A stretch of DNA of 36,545 nt from Azolla caroliniana. Taxonomy: Eukaryota; Plantae; Polypodiophyta. Made by a program: the position numbers and the translations under genes. The notes below the pieces were generated by a model. That model saw only the letters and a list, made by a program, of their open reading frames with translations, made no database searches and had not been told where the DNA came from. Below are positions 21,113 through 30,819 of this stretch, piece after piece. The stretch spans positions 1-36,545 of the forward strand of contig JBHGNT010000308.1 in NCBI GenBank assembly GCA_043228905.1. The letters are read 5' to 3'. Numbering within the stretch: position 1 is the first letter of the stretch; every line of letters begins with the position of its first letter.

Positions 21113-23206
21113 ACGTATAATTGCAGAAACCACCTCACTCAAAGAAAATGGGTGACAACAATGAAGGTATACCAAGCGCCTTCATCACCCATTTGGAACA
21201 AGCGAAATATGAAAAGTGAATGACAAAAGGAAAGGAGCTGGAGGTGCCTGGAGACTCCAATACTGTGAAAAGTTTTTTGCACAAGCGTGATCCTTTCCGA
21301 CAATTTTACTATAGTGTATATAATGGTGATGTGGGTAATATGCTTGACATATTACCGAAGAGACATTATACATTGCTCGTCGCGGATATACCGTATGGAT
21401 TTTGAATAGCAGGCTCCACATACGACGATGTACCATACAAATATTCGCAAATAGAGAAGATGGTAAAAGACTTTGCAAAGCTGACCTTGGCTCCATTATG
21501 GTGCATCGTATATTTCATAGTATGGGCCAGGCTTTATTGGTCACTACGACATTGAAGTCAAGAGTCCATGCCACCGAACACATGCATTGGTAAACTTTAA
21601 GTTGCTATATATTTAATATATGGCTTCTATTGTACTTACGACATATATATTTACTTGTTTCGATTCCATTACAAATAGGGTTAAAACGAACATAACTCGT
21701 ACCCTGGGCGATCGAATGGTCAACGATGTGGAGCATTTGTGCGTGGGGTAGTACGATGCTATTTCTAAGAAGAAGGCTTGGGCACATGTGAATGAGCGAA
21801 ACATCGTCAACTATATCATGGGCCCATCTGTAATGAAGAAATTGTGCCACGTGTTTGGCGACAAGTGTCTAGTAAACTCGTATCAAAAGCCCAACAATTA
21901 ATTAATCGATTGGTCGAGTTGTTCTCGAACCTTGATGATTGGGTGCTCAACTTATTCTCTGGAACAAGTATTCTCATAAGTGTGATCAATTTTTCTTAAA
22001 ATAAAATAGAATTTCCCGTCTTTTTTTTCTTGCTTTTGCATATATGACTATTTATATAGGAACAATGATTGCATGCACTCTCAAATTCTTCAGGAATTCC
22101 GTTGCATTAGAGAAGGATCCCTCCCAAGTCAATTTTATTAAGATGAGGATCCAAGGTATATGGGATTGTCGCTACTAGGACCAAGAGGTTGGGGAAAAGC
22201 ATATCAATGAAACTGAGATGTTTGAGGTGACCTCCAGAGAACCGATGGAACCTATAGACGACGAAGGAGGGGATGTTGTCGATGTTGTCGACCTCGAACA
22301 TGTACCAGAGTTTGATCAAAGCCAAGATTTAGCTGAGAAGACGGAACATGTAGATGCAACACAACTATCAGTTGATCTTGGAGAGCAGCCTGTTCCAGAC
22401 CTCTTAATGGAGTGAATTGTATAATACTTTGTATTTGAAACTGAAAACTTGTTTTGAAATATAAGACTTTTCGTTTGAGTACCATTTCTTTACACTATCC
22501 GATTGGTGTCTCAAACTTTATGTGTCTATCATATGTTTGCAAGGTTGATTCGTAAAGTATGTGGTTAAGTATAATTTTCATTGAATAGATGATGATGAAC
22601 TTATCGATTGTATGACACATGTTTATTATAATTGTTTCTTGATTAATATAATTGAATTTAGCTTTATTCTAGGATTTATATTGTCTTTAATCTTGGTTCT
22701 TTAGTTTCAAGCAAACACAATAATATTAAGTCAACGTTGTTGCTCACTTGATAATACATTCACGTTGTTCATGTATGATTGGCATATAATGTTCGTAGTG
22801 GTTTTTGGACATGTGTGGTATATCGTGAGATATTCGTTTCTGAAAATTTTTCAAATTATATCCAAAAATCCTAGTTACTAATTCGATATAACAATCTCTA
22901 TAAGATTTAGAGACAAATATAGCAACAAAATTGAATTACTAAATTTGTTGTCTTGGATTTGAATTTAACATTGTGTACAATAAAGCATATAAAATTATAG
23001 TTGGATGCATTCCCGTTATCTTATCTAAGATTTGGATAAATTTGTATATGACTTGAGAAAATATCGGTTAAATTTGAAATCTTGATAGTATTAACTGTAT
23101 TTTTGAGTGATGTTTTTAAAAATCATGTGCGCATGCGTGATAGATTCTTGAAAGTTTGTTTAAAAATGGTAATTCTTGACATCTCATGTATTTATCAATA
23201 AAGGAA

Positions 23207-23241
23207 TGCAACCTATTACCTGTTTCAAATGACCCGGTGTT
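23207..23241 (-). repeat. right TIR
   Basis: TGCAACCTATTACCTGTTTCAAATGACCCGGTGTT is the reverse complement of the left TIR with 3 mismatches. Confidence 0.9.
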
Positions 23242-24838
23242 CATACTAGAAAATATATTTTTACTGGATATGGTGAATCTTTTGGAGTTAAAGCATACAA
23301 ATTATTTGATCTACATAGTACATGCAAGTTTTTCTTTAGCCGATCAGTCATATTTGATGAAATTAGTGTACTTGACCAAGAAAAACAACATGAGGTACGC
23401 GACTTTAAAGAAAATTTAAAGATTAATGATCTAATTAATCCAAATTTTTCCCAAATAGAAAATTATGGTGTTCTGATCACAAGGAGTTTTCTCGAAGCAG
23501 TTTCAACATTGCAAACACGTAGAAGTTCTAACAAAAGATGAGGATGGAGGAGTAACTCATTACCTCTACAACATTCCAACCTACCCTAACAAAGAAGAAC
23601 TCAGATCACCCCTGCAAGGATCATTTACGCAAGCAAATGGGAAATGAAAACATACAAGAGATGCAGACAGTGGATTATGAAAAGGAAGATTGGTCGCCGA
23701 GTTCTCATCAAAATGGCAATAGTTATAGAGACTTATTAGTGATAGATTTAGAAAGGGTACCTAACAGAAGAGAAAGTCGATGGCAAGTGAAAAATCCTAA
23801 AAGTCGACAGAATAAAGAGGTTGAATTCATCCCCCGCATCGAGATTTATGATGAAGCTGCATGAAGACGAACATCTTTAACATGATCATCCTCACCAAAA
23901 TCATCATGATCATCCTCCACAAGGTCTACAACCCCTCGATCATCTACATGATCAACAACAGCTCAACAACAATGGGCACCTCGGTCACCATCACCATCAG
24001 CTCGGCCATGACCAGCACCAGCAGCTCGGCCATCATTAGCACGACCACCAAAAGCTCGGCCACCAGCAGCTCGACCAGCATCAACACAATGGTAGCCACT
24101 AGCAGCAGTCATCAGCAACACGATCAACAAGCTCGCGATAAACTATAGAACATGCAAAACAACGTGGCAATATTCAGCTTCATCAGCACCAAAATATGCA
24201 ACAGCAGCGTGGCCATCGACATCATGACCAGCAATAGAATAGGAGAGGCACGGTTAGCAGCAGGAGAAGCGAGGCCAGAAACACCAACAGTTTGATTTGC
24301 AACAAGAAGGCAGCAGCAACAAAGAGCCGGAGCGGAAGGAAACATCGTTGCAGAGAAGGAGCATGGAATGAATATGAAGGTGAAGGACGTCTTTTTATAG
24401 CTGAAGATAACCTTTTAGAGCGCACCAATTCTTCCCGGTTCTCCAAATCAGTTGAGTGTCAGCAACTAATCACTCGACGTTATTCTTTACCACATACTCA
24501 CCTATTCACACCTATTTACACAAGCCAAAGTGTGACTAATGAATGCATCTCAAGTAAATTTAAGTAATCCACATATAGGTTTCACACCATAAGTACCAAC
24601 TAGTATGAATATATCTTCTTCTGTATTCAATAGTTACCCAACCAATGAAGACTTTGATGATCACCGGCAACCAAACAATCAAACATTTCGTAATATTTAC
24701 AAAATTATGGAAGTCACATGCGAAGCACTCATGGTTGACTTGGGACCGTAGCCTATTGATGAGTTTGAAGATGATCATGGTGATATTCCACTCGAGGACA
24801 TAAATCTCACTCTGAAAACAACCCTTAATGGTCCCGAG
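23242..24838 (+). mobile_element. copia element C, segment 2 (SH3-like end, long His/Gln-rich linker, RT start)
   Basis: TRKYIFTGYGESFGVKAYKLFDL..SRSVIFDE; CAC/CAT/CAG-rich low-complexity tract 23860-24250; ends ..TLNGPE, continuing at 27219. Confidence 0.75.
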
Positions 24839-25224
24839 TGTCACAGACACACCAAGCGTGGACTAGGACAGAGCACAAATGATGGGGCTACAAGTGACGG
24901 ATGAACTTGGAGCTAGACGTGACGAGGCTAGGAACTCTAGATGTTCTGAGTGACATGAGTGCATGAAGACAGTAATAAAGATCAAGGCGACAAAGATGAG
25001 GCGAAACGAGAATACTAGATTGATGTGTCAGTGACTGGGTTTGAATTTCTTGAAAGGGATCAAGGAAGTTACAAGTATTTATACATGTTTGTGGCATCTA
25101 CATGTAGTTCCATTCATCGACCCATTTTCACGCAGAAGCTTCTACATCTTGCTGGAAGCTTCTAAAAACTCCTAGAACTTGGAATAGATAATCTACTAAG
25201 ATATAGATAATGTGGCCATGTATT

Positions 25225-25290
25225 TGGATGTGTTGGTTAGAATATAACACTTGACTATATACAAGAGGTGTAGAGTTCGAATCTTGACAT
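25225..25290 (+). promoter_or_regulatory. tRNA-like A/B-box module in LTR U3 (antisense to the element)
   Basis: TGGATGTGTTGGTTA...AGTTCGAATCTTGACATG; alignable to 4161-4220. Confidence 0.5.
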
Positions 25291-25494
25291 GACTTTTGTC
25301 ATGTTCGTGACATTATCCTCCCCTTTATGGCCGCCTTTTCAGAAGCGTGGTAGTCATGTCTGTGACATTAGCATCCCTTTTACGGCCACCTTTTTGAAAG
25401 TGTGGTGTAGGGGTGAGCTGAAAGAGAAAACCAAAGTACGTTGAGGTGTCAGTGACTATGAGCAGCCCTCACCAACAATAGGAGCACGGGTGGA

Positions 25495-26172
25495 CGCGGG
25501 CAACCATGTGTGGTCCTCACCGAAGACTGGAACACCAACATGAGCGTGAGTGACCATGTGCGGTCCTCACCGGAGACTGGAACACCAACATGAGCATGAG
25601 CGACCATGTGCGGTCCTCACTAGAGACTCAAAGACCAACATGAGCGTGAGCGACCATGTACGGTCCTCACCGGAGACTGGAACACCAATGTGAGTGTGAG
25701 CGACCATGTGTAGTCCTCACTGGAGACTGGAACACCAACATGAGTGAACGACCAGGTGTGGTCCTCACCAAAGACAAGAACACCAACGGGCGTGAGCGAC
25801 CATGTGCGGTCCTCACCGAGAATTGGAACACCAACGGACGTGAGCGACCATGTGCGGTCCTCACCGGGAACTGGAACACCAACGGGCGTGAGCGACCATG
25901 TGCGGTCCTCACCGAAGACACGAACACCAACGGACGTGAGCGACCATTTGCGGTCCTCACGGGGAACTAGAACACCAACGGACGTGAGCGACCATGTGCG
26001 GTCCTCACCGAAGACACAAACACCAACGGACGTGAGCGACCATTTGTGGTCCTCACCAGGAACTGGAACACCAACAGACGTGAGTGACCATGTGCGGTCC
26101 TCACCGGAGATGCAAACACCAAAGGGCGTGAGCGACCATGTGCAGTCCTCACCGGAGACTGGAACACCAACG
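25495..26172. repeat. 48/50-bp minisatellite, 14 copies (plus isolated copy ~26282)
   Basis: GTCCTCAC core at 25513, 25563, 25613, 25663, 25713 (50-bp period), then 25761 to 26145 (48-bp period). Confidence 0.95.
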
Positions 26173-26668
26173 GCTGAGATGGGGTGATATAATCAACAAT
26201 ATATCTATAGGAGGAAGATATTAAATCATTTATTGATTGATATTCAAAGTTATTGCTATTAAATGTGAGCAACCCTACATGGTCCTCACCAGGAACTGGA
26301 ACACTTGATGGCAATGACGGCTAGGCAAAGTAGTGTTGATGACGACAACAAGAGGGTTGAAGATGATGATGTCGAAGACGAAGCAATGAAGGCAATGATG
26401 TTGATGAAATGACTTTGGAAGCAACGACTTTGACTATGGCAATGATGGAAGCGGAGATAGAGATGAAGAGGATAAGAAACATAGAGATCGAGATGTTGAG
26501 GTTCTGAAGAAACACAAAGACACATATACAAAAGATGATAGAAAACACAAAGATAGGGATGAATGTGATATGAAACGCAGAGAAAGTGATGAAGATAATA
26601 AGAAACACATAGATATAGATGAAAACGGTAGGAAACACAAGGAGAAGGATAAAAATGACAGAAAATGC

Positions 26669-26900
26669 AAGATAGGGATGTGGAAGATGATAAGAAGTGC
26701 AGAGATAGAGATGATGATGAGAAGAAACTAGGAGATAGAGATGTCAAGGATGAGAAAAAACTAGGAGATGGAGATGATGATGAGAAGAAACTAGGAAATA
26801 GGGATGTGGAAGATGATAAGAAGTGCAAAGATAGCGATGATGATGAGAAGAAACTAGGAGATAGAGATGGCGAGGAAGATAGAAAACGAAGGGATGTTGA
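26669..26900. repeat. 30-33-bp purine-rich tandem repeat, about 7 copies
   Basis: GATAGAGATGATGATGAGAAGAAACTAGGA / GATAGGGATGTGGAAGATGATAAGAAGTGCAGA variants. Confidence 0.85.
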
Positions 26901-27213
26901 TGATGGTAACTCTAGAAGCAAGGGCGATGATGAAGATGGGTAATGCTTCTAGTTGGAAGGGATTCAAACTGTCACGGACACACCAAGCGTGGACTAGGAC
27001 AAAGCATAGATGATAGTGCTACGAGCGACGGATGAACTTGGAGCTAGACGTGACGAGGCTAGTAACTCTAGATGTTCTGAGCAACATGAGGGCATGCAGA
27101 TAGAAATAAAGATCAAGGCAACAAAGATGAGGCGAAACGAGAATATAACACTTGACTATATACAAGAGGTGTAGAGTTCAAATCTTGACATGACTTTTGT
27201 CATGTCCATGACA

Positions 27214-27768
27214 CCGAGAGTGAAATGTGGTAGTTGGCGATGCAAACAGAGATGGATGCACTCATGCAAAATGGTACATGGACCTTGGTGCCGCGACCAA
27301 AGAATTGTAACATTGTATCTAGTAAGTGGGTACTTATGAAGAAGAAAGATGCACATGGTGTAGTGACGAGATATAAAGTTCCTGTTGTCGCTCAAGGCTT
27401 TTCACAAATTCCTGGCATGAATTATAAAGAAACATTTGCTCTGACACTAAAAATGGTTCCATTCTAAACCATGCTTGCTTTTTCGACCGATTTTAAGCTC
27501 GAACTTCACCACTTGGATATCAAAACTATGTTTTTACATGGTGACTTAAATGACGAAATATTCATGCAACAACCGCCATTTTTTGAAGATTCAAAATTCC
27601 CAAAGTATGTTTGTAAGCTTCATTAGTCATTGTATGGTTTGAAACAATCTCCACAAATGTGGCATTATAAGCTCCATACATTTCTTATGTCTATTAATTT
27701 TTAGCGTCTTCAAGCCGAGCCAAATCTTTACATTCATAAAGAAGGAAGTGACTATGTAATCATTGGTT
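27214..27768 (+). mobile_element. copia element C, segment 3 (RT)
   Basis: AMQTEMDALMQNGTWTLV..SSKWVL..VAQGFSQIPG..LDIKTMFLHGDL..LYGLKQSPQMW..YVIIG. Confidence 0.9.
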
Positions 27769-29426
27769 TTGTTGATCATACGATCGTCGACAAGGAGTGC
27801 GAATGGTCTATCATCGGTGCACGACTTTGAGAGCATGCGAGCATGAGAGAGAGAGAGAGAGAGAGAGAGATTAAACCTTGATAACTTAAATTATTATAGG
27901 GATTAAAACTTAAATATAACTAAAATATCTAAAAATATAATGAGAAAGGGAGAGAGGGCTAGTCATTAAGTATTAATTAAAAAGACTAAAACAAATGTTA
28001 CTAACATGTTAAGAGAGAGAGAGAGAGAGAGTGAGAGTGATTAAGAGCAAAGCTATTACTAATTATCATTAAGATTGAAAAAGAAATTATATGGAGATAT
28101 GGTCATGAGCAAACTAGTTTCGCCCACCACGGGGCTCATCAATGCTAAAATGACCATTAGGGGTGGATAAGTTTATATAAGGAGTTTTAGGAGAGGGTTT
28201 AGACAAATGACAATAGGGAGTGGGGGTGTGTGCTTATGGATATGATTTGAAAAGGGGAAGATTTGGAGAAGAAGGAAAAGGATATTATGAACTTTAATGT
28301 GACAAGGGGGAGGTTTTGGTATAAGGGAAAAGAGGTTATAATGTTAAGGAGGGATAAGAGAAAAGAGAGAGTTAGGATATGAAATGTAAAATGAGGGGAA
28401 ATATTGAAAGGGGAGTTAAGATTGAGGGGGAAATAAGGAAAATATGTGAGATGATGAGAAAGAAAGGAAAGAGGAGAGAGAGAGAGGGGGGAATGAGTAG
28501 ACATAAGGGGAGTGAGTAGATCTATGAGGATCAAGGGTGGGAAAAGGAGAGAAAAGTAAGAGAGTAGAGAGTAGAGAGAGATACATGTGTAAACTAGGCA
28601 AAGTAAGAGAGAGAAAGGAAATAGGAGAGAGGTAAGGGAGAGAGACAAGTGTGGGTGAAGAGGAAAAGAAAAAGGGGGAAGGCTTTAGATTTAGGAAGAG
28701 GATGGGGAGGGGTAGTGTAAGAAAAAGTAAAACATGGATGAGGGTAGAAAAACAAAAATAGAAAGGTGGATAAAATAGGATAGGAAAAGATTTTGAGAGA
28801 GGAAAGGAAAAACTAAGAGAGGGAGAAGTGATAGCTTAAGTGTGAGAGAGGAATAAAAAGGAAAAGATTTAGAGAGAGGGGTGGGGGTAGGGTGTTAAGT
28901 TTTTAAGAAATGAGGGGGGGGGTTTAGGGGAGGGGTAGGGTGGTAATAGGAAAAAGTGGGAGGAGGGGTTGAAAGGTAATTTTGAAAAAGTGAGGGGAAG
29001 GGTAGGAGGGTAATTTAGGAAAAGTAATTTAGGAAGGTAAGGGAGGGAGAGGGGGGTAAATTGACAAAGTGGGGGTGAAGTGAAAAGTTCACCAAGAACG
29101 ATTTGAGCGCACCCAAACCATTTGATACACTTGGTGTGAGCTAGGGAGGGTTAAGGTGAAATATATGGGGCAACCAAGAATTCAAAGAGAGAGGGGAATA
29201 AAAAAGGAGAAGAGTGTTATGGAAGAGAAAAAATAAAATTGGTAAAACATGGGTGAGGGTAGAAACTACAAATAAAAGGAAAGTGAGGTTGCATTAAAAA
29301 ACTACTAAAAGAAAGAAAAGTTAAGGGGAGGGGGTAAAGTTAAAATATATGGAAATTGATAACAGGGGGTAGTGGGTAAATATAAACTAAAGATTAGGTT
29401 TTTAATAAAAGTGTAGGAAAGAGGTT
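27769..29426. other. 1.65-kb purine-rich (A/G on + strand) non-coding insert of unknown origin
   Basis: Strong strand asymmetry, (GA)n tracts and G-runs; flanked by a direct duplication of copia RT sequence. Confidence 0.6.
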
Positions 29427-29980
29427 TTGACCGATTTTAATCTCCAACTGTGTTTTTACATGGTGACTTAAATGACGAAATATTCATGCAACAACCGCCA
29501 TTTTTTGAAGATTCAAAATTCCCAAAGTATGTTTGTAAGCTTCATTAGTCATTGTATGGTTTGAAACAATCTCCACGAATGTGGCATTATAAGCTCCATA
29601 CATTTCTTATGTCAATTAATTTTCAGTGTCTTCAAGCCGAGCCAAATCTTTACATTCGTAAAGAAGGAAGTGACTATGTAATCATTGGTGTGTATGTTGA
29701 TGATTTACCAATTGCCTCTAACTCTAGTACTTCAATGCGAAAGGCTATAAATAAACTCAAGGAGAAGTTTCCTGCCAAAGACCTTGAACCACTAGAGTAT
29801 TGCCTTGGTATCAAGGTAGCAAGGAATAGGACGGACGACACAGTTACCATGTCACAACGGAAGTTGGTTGAAAAAATTCTTCACAAGTTCAAGATGTCTG
29901 ACTATAAACCTATTGCAACACCAATGATCGTACCGTGCAAACTATCATCCAATGATAGTCCAAAGACCGTGGAAGAATAG
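29427..29980 (+). mobile_element. copia element C, segment 4 (duplicated RT part, YVDD motif)
   Basis: 29427-29688 repeats ~27480-27768, then VYVDDLPIASN..KDLEPLEYCLGIKV..MSQRK..KPIATPM. Confidence 0.9.
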
Positions 29981-30622
29981 TGTGAAACTGTTTTTAGAAT
30001 TCAAGCCATTGGACACTAAAAGAATATAAGATATGGAGGATTCACATTTGGAGGACAAGGACATGAACTAACATCTCGTGGATAAGTCCAAATAAAAGCA
30101 ATAAAGATGGAGAAAAAGTTAAAAAGAGAAAAAGCAGACCACCAAAAAGCAGTCAGAAACAAACGCCCATAACTCATTCGTTTGGAAGCCAAATATCACG
30201 TGTAAATATGGGTTAGAAAAGCTTATGACGAGAGTTATCCGTAGCTTTTTAAAACTCTAAATTTGGAGCATGGATGAGGGAGATATGACGATTAGAAGAT
30301 CGTTGTGTCATAGCTAAGAATAGGAGATGGAAAAGCTCTAAAAAAAGCGTGGAAAAGAAAGCAAGCGAAACTTATCTACTAGAGGAGAACTTCATATAAA
30401 GCAAGAAGAGTGAGGTGGTGAGAAGGGCCTTTTTCTTGTGGGGTTTTTCTTGTCTATTCATGTAGTGCGTTTTTTCTAGTGATCAATTCATCCTTGTAGG
30501 CTTGAGTTTATGTATCTTCTTTCTCTTGTTTCTATGATCATCACTCCTTATTAATATATCTTTGTAGATTTGGGTTTCTATATCTTCCTTCTCTCTCTTT
30601 TCTATCATCATCTCTCTTTTCA
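29981..30622 (+). mobile_element. solo LTR (same family as 11645-12282)
   Basis: TGTGAA...TTTTCA; AATAG TSD (29976-29980, 30623-30627). Confidence 0.92.
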
Positions 30623-30819
30623 AATAGCAACTCATGAAATCACTTTTTTATCGACAAATCCTTGGAAGTATAAGGTACCTTGTGAGTTGTACACATTTGG
30701 ATTTGTCTTACTCAATTGGTTTTCTTTCTAGATTTATGCAAAATCCCGAAATAGCTTATTGGAATGCTTTAAAATGAGTTCTTCATTATCTACAATACAC
30801 TAAAGACATAGGTCTAACA
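30623..30819 (+). mobile_element. copia element C, segment 5 (RT C-terminus)
   Basis: YRQILGSIRYLVSCTHLDLSYSIGFLSRFMQNP..YWNALK*VLHYLQYTKDIGL. Confidence 0.88.

Larger units (their letters stand above)
13528..22415 (+). pseudogene. multi-exon ParB/Srx-like domain + beta-class DNA N6-A/N4-C methyltransferase (start uncertain; possible first exon ~13094-13155)
   Basis: ParB-like ~14280-15350 (VPICSIQRP..QIRDPHSMHVQKLK..YYMIGGSHSSEARRQL..VGLTHEEVKL..DHN|DNDYRQKMSCIERI). MTase 21360-22150 (LLVADIPYG; HW|VKTN; NSYQKP; DWVLNLFSGT|.TMIAC..RNSVALEKDP). GT-AG introns 15737-15826, 15958-21126, 21590-21678, 21968-22059. Confidence 0.85.
9489..23241. mobile_element. TIR DNA transposon (DUF7869/Sola2-like DDE transposase) carrying a ParB-DNA methyltransferase gene
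   Basis: 35-bp TIRs (32/35 match), CATA TSD at 9485-9488 and 23242-23245. Removing the element restores an in-frame copia sequence (KLDPH|TRKYIFTGY). Confidence 0.92.
24839..27213 (-). mobile_element. non-coding gypsy-type LTR element (TRIM/LARD-like) with internal tandem arrays
   Basis: LTRs 24839-25312 (3') and 26970-27213 (5', internally deleted); CCGAG TSD (24834-24838, 27214-27218); PPT complement TTATCCTCCCCTT at 25313-25325. Confidence 0.92.

Noticed and set aside
21220-22160. Bacterial contamination or prophage as source of the methyltransferase
   Set aside because: The gene has GT-AG introns that rebuild motifs, is interrupted by plant LTR elements, and lies within TIRs inserted in a copia.
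9491-23239. CACTA/CMC classification from CACTG...CGGTG ends
   Set aside because: TIR pairing extends to AACAC/GTGTT with a 4-bp TSD, and the transposase motifs do not resemble Tnp2/TnpD.
25495-26172. CRISPR-like array
   Set aside because: Units are contiguous near-identical tandem repeats with no unique spacers; no cas genes; eukaryotic LTR context.
25656-26943. Repeat-peptide ORFs (25656-26314, 26286-26921, 26665-26943) as real proteins
   Set aside because: Open in several frames and strands because of stop-poor tandem repeats; no recognisable domain.
28199-28648. Hydrophobic Leu/Ser/Phe ORF as env-like or membrane protein
   Set aside because: Artefact of translating the pyrimidine-rich strand of a low-complexity tract.
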